Positions 1 through 20,226 of a stretch of 64,000 bases of DNA are shown here, one piece after another (the first letter of the stretch is position 1; the number at the start of each line of letters is the position of its first letter). The notes under the pieces are model-generated. The model had not been told where the DNA came from. It did no database searches and saw only the letters and a list, made by a program, of their open reading frames with translations. Source of the DNA: the human T2T-CHM13v2.0 reference genome, Homo sapiens. The stretch is taken from assembly GCF_009914755.1 (NCBI RefSeq), contig NC_060939.1; one strand, given 5' to 3'. Made by a program: the position numbers and the translations under genes.

Positions 1-269
1 AGACTGTACAACGATGTGCAAAATAGAGCTAATGGGCACTCTGGTCCCCACTCCCGCCCTCACCCAGAAACAACCAGGCAAAATGAGGGGGTGGGATATG
101 GATTCTCATTGCCCATCTACTTCCCTCCATGCCCCCCACCACCACCCGGGTTTCAGCAGCACCAGTGGGAAGCTGACCTCCTGCAGCTACCCTGAAGCCA
201 CAAAGCTGTGTGTGTTAGCCCCCTCCTTCCCCACTCCCTGGTAACAATGGAGCCCAGCAGAAAGCTGAG

Positions 270-1292
270 TATCAGAGGAACCTGCCCCCAATATTTCAAC
301 ATAGGTTTTCTATTTTCCGTAAGTGTTGGCCAGCTGAGAAATAAAGAGAAAGAGTACGAAGAGAGGAATTTTACAGCTGGGCCACCGAGCGTGACATCAC
401 ATATCGGTAGGACCGTGATGCCCACCTGAGGCTCAAACCAGCAAGTTTTTTATTACGGGTTTCAAAAGGGGAGGGGGTGTAAAACAGGGAGTAGGTACAA
501 AGATCACATGCTTCAAAGGGCAAAAAGCAGAACAAAGATCACATGCTTCCGAGGGAAGAGGACAAAGGCAAAGCAGAACCACTGATAAGGGTCTATGTTC
601 AGCGGTGCATGTATTGTCTTGATAAACATCTTAAACAACAGAAAACAGGGATCGAGAGTAGAGAACCGGTCTGACCACAGATTTACTGGGGCCGGGTTTT
701 TCCCCACCCTAGTAAGCCTGAGGGTACTGCAGGAGACCAGGGCATATCTCAGTCCTTATCTCAACCGCATAGGACAGACATTCCCAGAGCGGCCATTTAT
801 AGATCTCCCCCCAGTAATGCATTCCTTCCCCAGGGTATTAATATTAATATTCCTTGCTAGAAAAAGGATTTAGTGATATCTTCCCTACTTGCACGTCCAT
901 TTATAGGCTCTCTGCAAGAAGAAAAATGTGGCTGTTTTTGCCTGACCCGGCAGGCAGTCAGACCTTATGGTTGTCTTCCCTTCTTCCCTAAAAATCACTG
1001 TTATTCTGTTCTTTTTCAAGGTGCACTGATTTCATATTGTTCAAACACACATGTTTTACAATCAATTTGTACAGTTAACACAATTGTCACAGTGGTTCTG
1101 AGGTGACGTACATCCTCAGCTTACGAAAATAACAGGATTAAGAGATTAAAGTAAAGACAGGCATAAGAAATTATAAAAGTATTACTTGGGAACTGATAAA
1201 TGTCCATATTAAAATGAAATCTTCACAATTTATGTTCCTCTGCCGTGGCTCCAGCCGGTCCCTCCATTCGGGGTCCCTTACTTCCTGCAACA
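270..1292 (-). mobile_element. Solo LTR, MER11 family (HERV-K11/HML-8)
   Basis: Minus strand starts TGTTGCAGGAAGTAAGGGACCCCGAATGGAGGGACCGGCTGGAGCC (MER11 5' end); ~1 kb; 6-bp TSD GCTGAG at 264-269 and 1293-1298. Confidence 0.88.
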
Positions 1293-1298
1293 GCTGAG

Positions 1299-3555
<2,257 letters not shown>

Positions 3556-4399
3556 GCGATTAAATATAAAGTGTGTGAAAAATCTAGTAATTTCAGTTTC
3601 TCAATCAAGTCGATTCTGAATGAATTTTTTATACTTAGGTGATCATAGTTTATGAAATTTAAATAGCAGTGCTAAATGTATCCTATTCTCTATATTTAGA
3701 GAAAGCACATTGGCTGGTCCAGTAATACGTCTGGCATGTGGTGCCAGGTGCCATTGAAGCTGAGGAGATTCCAATGTACGCAAGCATGTTTGATGAATCA
3801 GGGGCTGATGACTATCGGAAAACTGTGGCGTAATGGAAGATCCCCAGAAGGAGAATTTACAGCTACTTCAAGTGGAATCTGGCACAATGAACAGACTGGC
3901 CACAGGAGCTGAAGACTGGAGGAGAGTGACACTTCTAACTAATAGCATCTAAAACATCCCAGATGAGCTACTTCAAGAGTGTTTGTGAACATCTTGAAAC
4001 AAAGGCCTATCTTGTAAACAAACAGAGCTGTCCCACTAAACTCTCCTGGCCTAGGGCCTCTTCTGGGAGCATTCAGAGAAAGCAGGACTTAGAGGATAGG
4101 GAGTTAAGCTTCCTGCCCTGGTTCAGATCTGCAACTGAGCAGTGAATGACTCAGCACCAGGAGAAGGCATCTGTGGGCCTGAATGCTGGCAGCCAGGAAT
4201 AAGTGCAAAGGCTGTGCCAGTGATGGCCAGAGTGGACGGGACATGGCAGTGGAGGCTGGAGTCATAGTCCACAATTTACCCTCAGCATCTGAGAGATACC
4301 CCTAGGGAATCCCGGAGCTGTGGAACAAGGAGGAAATTATGTGAGAGATGGGGAGGGGACCAATGCCACTCAGTTTCACAGAGAGGGGTTATCAGGCAA

Positions 4400-4770
4400 A
4401 AGAATATAGGGTAGTTCTTCTGAATCTCGCACACATTGGAATCACTTGGGAACTGATTCCTGGATCTTAGCTCTAACAATTCTGATTTAATTGGTCTGGG
4501 TGCATTTGAGCATTTTGGGAAGTTTTTAGTTTCCCAGGAAATTCTAATGTTCAGTCAACGTTGAGAACCATTGATCTAAGCCTAGGGCTCTCCAACTTAA
4601 ACTTACATCGGAGTCACTTGGAGGGCTTGGTAAGCAGTAAATTACTGATTCCATCCCTAGAGTTTCTGATTCTGTAGGTCTGGAGTGAGGCATGAGAATC
4701 TGTATTTCTGTGAAGCTCCCAGATGATGCTGATGCTGAAGGTCTGTGGAACACATTCTGAATGGTACTGA
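4400..4770. mobile_element. MER5-type hAT-Charlie DNA transposon relics
   Basis: catcggagtcacttggagggctt...gtttctgattctgtaggtctggagtg...gaatctgtatttct...agatgatgctgatgctg motif. Confidence 0.65.
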
Positions 4771-5019
4771 CTTGGGTTAAGTATTTATTGAGATGACATT
4801 TGTACCCACCATGTGGGGTGGGTGCTGGGGACATTTGGATCATGGAAACAGTATAGAGCAGGACCCAACACATAGGCTTATTAACAGCCTGAGCCTCATG
4901 CTGCCTCTGCTGCATTCCAGCTACATGAACTTGAATAATTTACTCAAACTTTCTAGACCTAATTTCCCCATGAGTAAAACAAGAACATTATGGCAGCTAC
5001 TCACAAGTTGGTCGCAATA

Positions 5020-5291
<272 letters not shown>

Positions 5292-5329
5292 AGCAAATAC
5301 TTAATATTTTAAAAGTGCTTTTATCACTG

Positions 5330-5520
5330 ATAAACACACTACATACATTATAATAATTTAATCCCCAGCTAACCCTGTGAAGTATTATTTCTCCTGTTTC
5401 ACAGATGAGGAAGCTGGGAAGTTGGGTTAAGTAACTTGCCTTAGTCACACAGGTAGTTAGGATTGGCTTAGAATCTGAACCCAGGCAATCTGAATCCAAA
5501 GCCCATATACTTCACTATTA
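5330..5520 (-). mobile_element. MIR SINE
   Basis: tttcacagatgaggaagctgg...aagtaacttgcc..agtcacacag...tgaacccaggcaatctgaatcc core. Confidence 0.75.
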
Positions 5521-6078
5521 TACTATACTAGTGCAACAAATATGAGCTACTATGGATAGTGATTATATTAAGAATTAAATGTAATGAAATTCTTAAAACT
5601 CCAGTTCATTGTTTTCATGAAACACAAATAGAACACAGTAGATATGAGGAATTGCTATAATTAAATCTAAACTCAGTTCTCTAAACCAGTGTTTCTCCAA
5701 GTGTGTCTTGAGATTACCTACAAAGAAATCATTTGGAAACTCCCTACCTCAAATCTTTGGAACCACAATCTCTTGGGGGCAGAGCTACAGAATCTGAGAT
5801 TTTAAATAAGTTCCCAAGGAGAGCTGGTTTCCCAGCTGTAGTCTGAGTCACATGCCTATAAATTAAACATATTTAGTAATCATTCTTTTCGTATTTCTCA
5901 GACTGATCTAGTGTTTTTCTCAATGTTATTTTTTATGAATTTAGAATACACTATTTTGAGTAGCTCAAGTAGAATTGTCTACAGTTTGAGAAAATAAAAC
6001 CTATCCTTTAAGCTTTCGTAAGTAGGCAAATAAAATAATAATCTGGCTTAAAATCAAAATCATTATGATATGTGGTGG

Positions 6079-6555
6079 TGAGGGAAGAGAGAGACCCTCT
6101 CATATTGTTTTATATTGTTTTATACTCAGAAAAGGAAAGAAAAGCAAAACTAAAGGCAGGTAGCCTGGTGCCTAGGAACCAGACCCGAAACCAGGCCTGG
6201 GCCTGCCTGACCTAAGCCTGGTAGTTAAAATTAGACCCCTGATCTAGCAACTGATGTTATCTATAGATTCCAGACATTGTATGGAAGGACACTGTGAAAC
6301 CTCCTGTTCTGTTCTGTTTCACTCGGACCACTGGTGCTTGCAGCCCCTGTCACATACCCCCTGGCTTGCTCAATCGATCACGACTGTCTCATGCGGACCC
6401 CCTTAGAGTTGTGAGCCCTTAAAAGGGACAGAAGTTCAGCATCTGACGAGCTCGGATTTTAAGACACTAGCCTGCCGATGCTCCCAGCTGATTAAAGCCA
6501 CTCCCTTCCCTATCTCGGTGTCTGAGGGGTTTTGTCTGTGGCTTGTACTGCTACA
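6079..6555 (+). mobile_element. Solo LTR, LTR2 family (LTR2B/C-like; HERV-E/Harlequin, ERV1)
   Basis: TGAGGGAAGAGAGAGACCCTCTCATATTGTTTTATATTG ... GGGGTTTTGTCTGTGGCTTGTACTGCTACA; TG...CA ends; 4-bp TSD GTGG (6075-6078, 6556-6559); TATA-like CTTAAAA and ATTAAA poly(A) signal. Confidence 0.85.
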
Positions 6556-7077
6556 GTGGCTCAAGAACCCAACTGGACAAATAAAATAAGCAAACAATTT
6601 CATTTTAGAGATAAAATTAAATTATAGCTGTATCTCTGACCTTCCTGTTGTACTTCCTCCGTTTAAACAGCTGAGTAATTAAGACTTTTTAAATGTAGAA
6701 TTTACTGACACAGTAAAGTCAGTTATATATTTATTTATTTATTTATTTATTTTCAGACTCAACAGAGATAGGACACTGTGAAGTTTTACAGGAAACCATT
6801 CCTATTTGAGGAATTCCTCTGATTCAATGTTGTCAATGAGCACTTAAACGTCAATGACAAAAGTTTCCACTCTGGCTATGACGGACTGGCATGTTACCAC
6901 CCAGTACAACTGGAAAAGTTGCATAAACTTTTTTTAAACAAGTTCTTTGAAAACACAGGCACATTATCAAAGGAGGGAGAACTTTAGGGGCTAACGTGGC
7001 TGAGAGAGGGGAAGCAAAGAGTTGAGCCCAGTATCTGTTGCTGCTTTTTCCCTTGTGGTATTTGCCAATTTGTAGGG

Positions 7078-7117
7078 GAGAGAGAGAGAGAGAGAGATAC
7101 AGAGAGAGAGAGAGAGA
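7078..7117. repeat. (GA)n microsatellite, interrupted
   Basis: gagagaga...gatacagagagag directly visible. Confidence 0.9.
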
Positions 7118-7349
7118 CCCAAGTAGAGCAGAAGCTGAGAAAAAAACTGGCAGCAAAGGCTCAGGAATTGAGCAGCAGTGTAAGCAGTCTCATGGGGCTG
7201 GGGTGGGAGAGAAAGAATTGGAGTATAGGGCCTGCTGAAGAAGAGTGTCCGTGGTAAAAGACCAGTCCTTCAGCTGTGATCCACAAAGGGCTACATCTTA
7301 GGAGTAAAGACAGACTGACAGCAAACAGACTTTGAGTCAGCTCAATCCC

Positions 7350-11260
<3,911 letters not shown>

Positions 11261-13899
11261 TAAAATTGTTATAGTTTCTTTTCTCTCTTTCTCTTTCTCC
11301 CTCCCCAGTCATACAGTTTAGGGCTCTTCCAGGAATATAATCTCTAATCTTTCTTGCCAAATCATGTTTCTCCTTTTCTTCTAATCTCTTTAGGCATTCC
11401 CTTTCAGAAAAAAAAAAAAAAAAAAAAAAAAATCTTTCCAGCACACCACCACCTGACTCCCAGCACAAGAATAAACTCCTTCCTGGGCCAACACCCCCTA
11501 GCCAGTCACTGCTTTCCCCAGCTCCCATCTTCTAAGCATACGCAGGTTGCCCATTCTGTATATATTGGAGCTCATAAACACAGGAGCTTCAGCCAGGTGT
11601 CTTTAATATCTTCTTCATGCTTATCTTCTCTCTCCTTTTGAAATTCAGACTTCCAAAGGCCAAGAACCATAACGTTTATCTACAGCCCACAAATGAATTA
11701 TAATTTTAATGGATTGATTCTAAGAAAAATAAAATGGTTTTAAAGAATTTTGTTTTTATCTGTTCCAAAGGAAGGTTTATTCCATATTTTGATTACTGAG
11801 AGTGTTTGGATGAGGGGGGAGAAGAAACAAAGAGTTTAGTCATCTTTGCTATTGCTTATTTTCAACTTACTGCTTTCACAGTCTTAAAAAACCACCAAAG
11901 GATTGTATAATACATCTTCTGAGCAATAAACTGAGAAAAAATTCTTAGCATGTGACAAATCATCTCCACATTCTGCTGAGTTACACTGAAAAAAATAAAT
12001 TAGGATATGTGTGAGTTGGCAGAAGAAGAGGGAGGATACGCAGCTAAGCAGCTTCTACCCTGGGCATCAGTGGACTGACTATGTATCACATTATGCCAAT
12101 ACAATGGAAAACAACCTAACTTTGGCCAAACAAAGCAGGGAACAATCGTGAGAGTGTGAGACCTATGCTGAACTTGTCGCTCTGCCCTGCCTGCATAGTC
12201 AGGGCCAGATTCCTATCCTGTGCTAATTTATGGATCTTCTCTGGTAGAAAGTAGGATGTGAATCTCACCTCCAATGTGAGTTTGAGATGTTTGATTTAGG
12301 GAATTCATGGAAACAGAAATAAAAAGCAACCAACTCACGACCACATTTCTTTTCATTAAAGGGTCAGCAGGTCTTCAAAGCTGATGTCTCCTGTTTCATA
12401 TAAATGAAAAGAAAATCTGATGACACAAGGCCAGGAAAGTAAACACTATGTTTATAATTAGAAGTTCTTCCAGTGATCTGTTCATGTCCCTGTGTGATCA
12501 AATATAGTCTGAACACTGCCTGATGCACCTGGTGACAAAAAGTCCTCCCTGCAAGGAAAAAGCCCCCCACACATAAGAAAAATGTCCACATTACCTGGCC
12601 ACCTTTCCACCCAGCTGTGCTGCTGTGGGTAGCATAGAATGGCAGGAAGCCTCTCTGGGAATATTTGTCCTACTGCCTTCTCTCCAGTTCTTGAAACTAT
12701 ATCTCTTTCTGTTCAACTAATTAGAGACTTATTAAAAATTATCAGGACATTTACTTTTCCCCTTACCCCAGTAAGGGTAAGCCTGTTCCTATTGTATTGT
12801 GTATGCAGATTACCATTGGTTATTTCCATTAGGTTTTGTGCAATTTGATTATCTAAAGGCAAAGATTCTGATTGGAACCAAAGTAAGTTGCTGGCTTGAG
12901 CTAGCTGCCACGATGAAAGGAGGGCCACAGGTGCCATTGCAATTGTCACAATGTCTAGTTTTGGGACAACAAAGAGCAGAATGCTAACTGGTACAGAGGG
13001 GGCATAGTTAGAAGACTGCCAGGGAACCTGAAAGTGGAGAGAAGGTTTGTGAAGAGGAAGTGTGTATTATTTTTCTCAAGTGCCCTCCTGCAGGCAGTTG
13101 TTGGGTGTTGTAATTCTTGATAGCTGGAATTCTGCAATGGATGGTCCACTCCCTAATATTCATTTGAAAAAAGTATAGGGCACAATCCCCCCAAAATTTT
13201 GTCCAGGCAAAGTTTTGAATGGAGAAAGGGGTTAGTTACTACAAGGCTGGAGTAATCAGGGAAGGCTTCCGGGAAAAGGTAGTATTTGGCCTTGAGGTCT
13301 GGGTAGAGTTGACCAATAGGCTAGAAAAGGGAATGGCATCCCAAATAAGAGGCAGAGAAAAAGCAAAGCCACGGAGATGGAAAAGTTCAAGATTTTTTCA
13401 ACAAAAACTAAGAAAAGTGGCCAGGCTGAAGGGGAGAACTTCAGGAATACGGCTTATTAAATGCACTTAACAGTAATTGAGACAGAGATGCTTTCCAATG
13501 ACTCACTTCTTAATCAAAAACGTGCTTTTTAACCGGAAGTAATGATAATATCAGAAGCACAAGGGTAAATCTAAGACACCAGAAAAGGCTGGTTTGAGTA
13601 CAAACCTAATAATAAAGACAATATCCATGTGACTGACAAAAAGCTCCAACCCTAGCTCAAGCCATCATCCACCTTCTCCAGGCGGATAGCTGAGCAGATG
13701 AGGACTGAGGAGAACATTTTACCCCATAGAACAACAGCTGCCCACTCATCTTTCTATGTTTCTCTAGTCAGCCAATGATTAAATTTCTGTATTATTCCAC
13801 ATCTTTTCCATTCTCTTCAAACCTTCAACGATTCAATGAACTTCCACTCCTGAGACAGGCCTGTGAAAAGGAGTTTTAGAAATGAGGTTAATGGATTAA

Positions 13900-14172
<273 letters not shown>

Positions 14173-15724
14173 TAATAGCATCTTTTCTAAGACTTCTCTT
14201 ATCCCTTCCTTCCTTTCCTGAATTTCTGCTTCCATACTGTATACACACTAACTCCAAGGCTTTCCTCTGACTTGTCTAGTTTTCCACAGTTGCGTGCTGG
14301 TAAGCTGGCTCTCTGAAAAAAATAAAGCCTTCATTTGTATTGTTGGCTGATTTCTGTTGTGGACGTACTTCCACCATGGCCAATTTCAAGCTACTATCAT
14401 CTTGAAATATGAAACAACTGATCCACAGGAGCAGGCTCTCTGGGTTACCTGTGCTGCATTGTGCAATCTTCTCATTTCTCAGACAACTGTTCCTACAGGC
14501 CTCCATTCCCTGGCCTTTATAGGGATTTTGAGCTTCAAAACAGGGTCAAGACAGTCAGGATCAGCCAGCTGAAGTATCCTTAAATCACTCACATTAGACC
14601 TGTAGGATGCTAACTACATGTTCTATGGTTCCACATGTTGGGGCTCACCTTTTATCGCTTACGAAGTTCAATATTCGAGCAGGACCAGGTAATGTTAGGG
14701 AAGCACAAAAAGAAGCATTAAAGAGCCTCTTCCCTCCTCAGCAAATGTCTGGCTCCTTAGCATTCTGGGATATTTCTTGTGCTTGCTTGACAAGAGGCAA
14801 GAACTCATCTCTTTTGCATGCTCCATCAGTGCTTGATAAACTTCAAGGTATGTACAATTACCTGGGGCCCTTGATAAAATGTAGATCCTAATTTAGGAGG
14901 GAGGTCAGGATGCTGAGAGTTAGGCATTTTTAACAAGCTCTGAGATGATATGTGTGCTGCTGGTCCAAGGTCTACACTAGCAGTATCTTTAAAACATTCC
15001 TCCCACCTGCACCTTCTTTCCCAATAACCAACCGCAATTTCAAGCTCATACTCAATTCCCTGGCTAACACCCCTGTCTCCAGGTCCTCAATCCAGTTTTA
15101 GCAATGCCCTTAGCCCTTATGCATTTTTAATTTGGTCTATTTATATAGTGTCACTTTTCCATTTGTGTTCGCATGCACATAATAGCTATTTACATCTTCC
15201 CTTGAATCTTCAAGAACAGAGGCTATGACTTTTTTTTCCCTTTTCCTCTCTGCTTTGAGCCGGGTACGGAGCTCTACATAGGTCACCTCAGGGGAACAGC
15301 ATTCATAAATGTCAATCAGTGCCATCTGGTGTCTCATTGTCCCTGTTGCTTTCTAAGTCCTTCCCTGTCTTGACCCTCTTTTCTCTGTGCTATGTACTTC
15401 TCTTTCTTCCTCTCCAGTGTGTGTCATTGAAAAAGCCAGCAACTGTGGGTAAACCCAATCCATCCCGCTTCAGCATGTGAGGCAGAAGAGTGTTAAGAGC
15501 CCAGAATTTGGGTCCTTTGAGAAAGTCCTGAATGAGTTCAAATCCCACTTTCACCTCTTCTGTTTGAATCAGTTATTTTGCCTCTCTAAGACTCTTTCCT
15601 CGTAAAAAGGGGATAGTGGTGTCAAACTCAAGCAGTTATAGGGTTTGAAAAAATAGCTCATGGAAAGCACTTAATACAGTGCCTAGCACAGAGTAAAACT
15701 GCGTAGCTTTAAGAAAATTATGTA

Positions 15725-16085
<361 letters not shown>

Positions 16086-16639
16086 TTACAGGGCATTTGT
16101 GAGGATGAAATGAAACACTGCATGTGGGGGTTGCCTCAAGACTCAACCCACACTATCTCCTCTTGATTATCCCCTCTGCCCAGTCCCCTCCGCCATGTGC
16201 GTGGAATTCCTGAGGTTGCTGCAAATTTCTTGCTCTGGATGCATTTTCTCTCCTCCATGGCCCACTGCGCCCATTCTCTTGGGCTTCCTTCCTTTTCTCC
16301 CTTCCCCTTGTAATTTAAATAGACTGGTAAAGAAAGATAAAAGAGTCCAACTTTATCTGAGACCAAGTTCTCACTCTTTTTCTGTCCTCCAGCCAAGGCC
16401 TCCTTTCAATTCCCAAAATGCATCAAACTCTCCCACCCTTCACAAAGATCCTCTGCCTGGAATGATATTCTTCTCTCTTCTGTTTATTCCATTCTATTCT
16501 ACCCCATTTCTAAGGCTGAGCTCAAAGACAGCCTTTGCTGACTTAGGTGGTTGTACCCCGTGCTTCTCAGCATCTAAATGTAATTTTTAATAATAATATA
16601 ATATGCAATGAGTTATGTTTTACTTGTGTGCTCTGCTAG

Positions 16640-16820
16640 AGCAAGGGTTCTCAAAGTACATGGTACCTGGACCAAGAGCATCAGAATCTCCTGGGAAATT
16701 GTCGGGGATGTAACTCCTCCAGACCTACTGAATCCCACACTCTGGATGTGGGGCCCAGCATGGAGGGTTTTAAGCAGGCTTCATGTCATTCTGCTGCATC
16801 CTGAAATTTGAGCACCACTC
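16640..16820. mobile_element. MER5A DNA transposon relic
   Basis: gggttctcaaagt...gcatcagaatctcctgggaa...ccagacctactgaatc...tttgagcaccact. Confidence 0.7.
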
Positions 16821-17911
16821 AGACAGAGTCTTAACTCCTTGAGAGGCAAGGAGCACATCTGCTTGTTGTACTGCCACATCCTCATTGTCTACCTCAGCAT
16901 CCTATGAGAGATATGCACCTGATAAGTATTTGTTGGATAAATGAGTACATGGCCCATGAACCTGAGGCGGAGCTCTCTGCACTTAGAGGTAGGGTGCATG
17001 TTCATTTAGGTTAAAAATAAACTCTCTGTGACATAAAGGCATACGAATTCTGGGAATTTATTTATCCTCAGTCAATGCTGTTGGCCAGGACCAGCTCACT
17101 TAGGGCCTCACAAGACCTCATTAAGGATGTTAATCTTTATCTTAAGAGAAATTTAAAGATATCAAAAGATTTAAACAGTGGAAGGCGGTTTTAAAGGCAG
17201 CATAGAAGGTGCTACAGCTAAGAGGTCTAAGCTTCACAGGAGGAGCTTTGTTCTGAAAGGAAGGGGCAGCAATGGTGACAAGTGAAGACAAAGGACTCTG
17301 GGGAGTGTGAGAGAAGCAGTATGTGCCCCTCAGAAGGGCTGGTGAGAAAAGACCTTGGGGAGGCACCTGACTGAGCTAAGGCCAAGGGCAAGAGGAGGGA
17401 GAAGACATTGAAGAAGAGGGCAGAGGGAACTGGGGAGCTGGAGGATGCCCCTGGAGCTGCAGGAACACTCTGGAAAGAGGTAAGAGTGTGTCTGCAGGGA
17501 CAAATGGTGGAGTTCCAGGAGGAAGAACGGCATGAACAATGCAATCCCAACGGTCTCTTGCAGGAAGGTGGGCACTGGGTCTAAGGGCAGAGGTCAAGGC
17601 TTGTGATGGTATCTGCCAGGCAGCACGATCTCACATAAATTGGCTTACGGCTTGCTTAATTTCTAATCAGGAGGAGTTTAGAGTGGCTCAGCATTAAGCG
17701 GGTCCTTGTTCTATTAATAGTACTTGGATTCTGCCTTGATTCTTAGAACCTTATACCCCAGATCCAATACGGGTTCTTATCCTCCTAAGTTACTGGATAC
17801 TTAGTTCAGAATACTGCTAGTATTCTGAAAACTGGGGTTTAAATCCTCCTCTTGAATCATATTCTCATGCCTGGGTCCCCTCTTTCTGAAGCCAGATTTC
17901 TTTGATGACAA

Positions 17912-18434
17912 CTGTCAAGCAAATGACACCTGTTATCATTTCCAGACCTTCAGGGGAGAAGTGCACTCCACCAGGAGCAATGGTCCCAGGATGTCAGCCC
18001 ATTCCATGGTTTGAGGTCACCAAAAACACCAGCCTCATGCAGGCACTGGATAGAACAATGCTTTGCTCACACAGAGAAGAGACAGAGCAAGATCAGTTTC
18101 AACAGTGGGCATTACTCCCCCATGGCCAGCAGCTGATGCGGGGTGAGTATCTGCACACACTCCCCTCATGCTGCAAGCAAAGGACTCAGCTCTCTCCATG
18201 TTGGGAATAGATATCGTAGTGTGGTCGGCCAGGTACCAAATGATACACCAGCTTAGGCAAACACAGGAGTCCATATTGAGTGAAAAGGGAGGTATTCCCA
18301 CACAAGGTGATAAGCCCAGCACAGCTGTGAGGGCTCTTTAAACTCTCAGTAAAGAAGTGCTCCAGGCCCAAAGCTCATGCTTATGTGTCCAGGCAGATGT
18401 CTCAGGACCGCTTGCACGTGACGGCCTTTCCCAA
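17912..18434 (-). mobile_element. Probable old ERV LTR (family not assigned)
   Basis: TGT start and CCCAACA end with LTR-like composition; family not confidently recognised. Confidence 0.35.
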
Positions 18435-18659
18435 CAATTATCTCACAGAATCTTGCAGGGCTTACAGTTGAAGGAAGTCTTTAGGGTCATTCCATCTACT
18501 TTCCTATCCATGTCATTTTGTCCACTGTCTATTTAGATTTGGCTGCCAGACATCAGGATGCTCAGTTAGCTGGCCCAACTCTTATGCTGTGTGCCAGTGA
18601 ATTTACCCAGTTCCCAGCCATCCCTGGGACTGGTCCAAACAGCTATTACATCACATTTT

Positions 18660-19100
18660 TGACACTTGAGAGATTGAATATACAAATAAAAAATGGTCAG
18701 ACCACATATGTCAATAGAACTCTGATGCTCAAGCTCTGCAGCAAGCAAAACCTCAACCTCTAGCAATCCTTCCAGAAAGGTCAGAACTTGGTCAATGACT
18801 GTCAGATTCCCTCCTTTTTTATCCCTGCTTCCAACTCAGGACCAGCCAGAGAAAGCCAAATATGCTTTCCGAACCAATCACATAAGATGCTCTGCTTCTA
18901 GTCAGCCTACCTCTAGCTTCCTCATGCCAACAACCTCCAAGCAGAGCATACCTGAAATTTCTTTCTTTCACTATAAAACTTTCCTACTCCCCTGCCTGCC
19001 TCTGAGTCTCTGCCAAACGCCAGTGATGGTGGCTGGCTCCCTTGTTATAGCCAGCTCTGAATAGCCTCTGTTTGTTCTCAAGTGGTATTCATTTACATCC
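18660..19100 (+). mobile_element. ERV1 LTR, MER34/MER39-like
   Basis: ccaactcaggaccagccagagaaagccaaatatgc...ccaatcacataagatgc...ctataaaact motif. Confidence 0.55.
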
Positions 19101-20026
19101 AAATTCATGGACAATAAATTAAATGAATTTGGAATGATCTCCTAGACATCATGGACGTGGTAGGAGGAAACATGCTGAAAGTAGTCTGAGGTGAACAGAA
19201 GTGCATTTTAAAAAGATACTTAAGTTGATATGGAAACCCGTGGTCAGGTGGATTCCCACACAACAAAGAACGTTTGGTTAGGGATAAAAGGAAAGAGAAA
19301 GACACACACTGTTTCTAGAGAATATGCTGTAAGCCACCAAGCCAGGTTAAAGATAAAGGAAATATATTCATAATATAGATTATAGTGCTGGCAAAAAGAC
19401 AAATTTTGATAAAACATGTGACTGTGAATTATCTATTAGAAATCTATTTTTTCCAAAATAATCAGATGTATTTCTGACTTTTTTAAATATTTGAGGTATA
19501 AAACAAAACCACAAAACCAAAAAAATTATGGGGAAGTAGGGAATAAATCAAAGGCTAGTAGTTACCTCCTATTAGAAAGTTTGAATATGTGGGAGGAGCT
19601 GAGTGAATTGAATTGAACTGAACAGAACTGGAGAATTCACAACTTTGCAACCCACAGACTAGTTAAAATGGCTGGATCTAGTCAGTTAGCTCACTTTTGG
19701 AAATTTAACATCCCATTTTTTCTTCTATTTGTCATTACGGTAAAAAAGCTCCCACATTTATATATAAAGCAGTGAGGTCTCAAGTTATGTCATTTTAACA
19801 TATGGTCTTATTTCTGATATGCTAATTTTGGTAGACATTTTGGGCAGTTAGTGCTAAAAATTGAGATAAGAAAAGCCACCACCTACATTCTACTAGTTAT
19901 ATTTTCAATTTGGAGTTAATGTTTTCAAATTGTCTATACTTCGTTTTAATCAGTTTTTATGTTCTATTGTCCTATTGTCACTTTACTGAATCAACTTATG
20001 AAGTTGGTATTAAAAAACAATGTGTG

Positions 20027-20061
20027 ATCGCTTCTTGGCCTTTTGGCTAAGATCAAGCGTA
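20027..20061 (+). pseudogene. 3'-truncated U2 snRNA retropseudogene (nt 1-35)
   Basis: ATCGCTTCTTGGCCTTTTGGCTAAGATCAAGCGTA vs U2 ATCGCTTCTCGGCCTTTTGGCTAAGATCAAGTGTA (2 mismatches); flanked by AAAAACAATGTGTG / AAAAACAATATGTG direct repeats. Confidence 0.92.
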
Positions 20062-20074
20062 AAAACAATATGTG

Positions 20075-20226
20075 GCCGGGTGCGGTGGTTCATGCCTATA
20101 ATCCCAATGCTCTAGGAGGCCGAGGCAGGAGGATCACTTGAGCCCAGAAGTTCAAGTCTGCAGTGAGCTAGAATTGCACCACTACTCTCCAATCTGGGCT
20201 GCAGAATGAGATCCTGTCTCTAAAAC
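20075..20226 (+). mobile_element. Free Alu monomer (FAM/FRAM-like)
   Basis: ~150-bp monomer gccgggtgcggtgg...gcagtgagctagaattgcaccactactc...cctgtctc followed by A tail. Confidence 0.8.

Noticed and set aside
20027-20061. Functional link between the U2 fragment and the nearby spliceosomal gene AQR
   Set aside because: Only 35 nt with no snRNA promoter, Sm site or 3' box; such fragments are common genome-wide, so proximity is coincidental.
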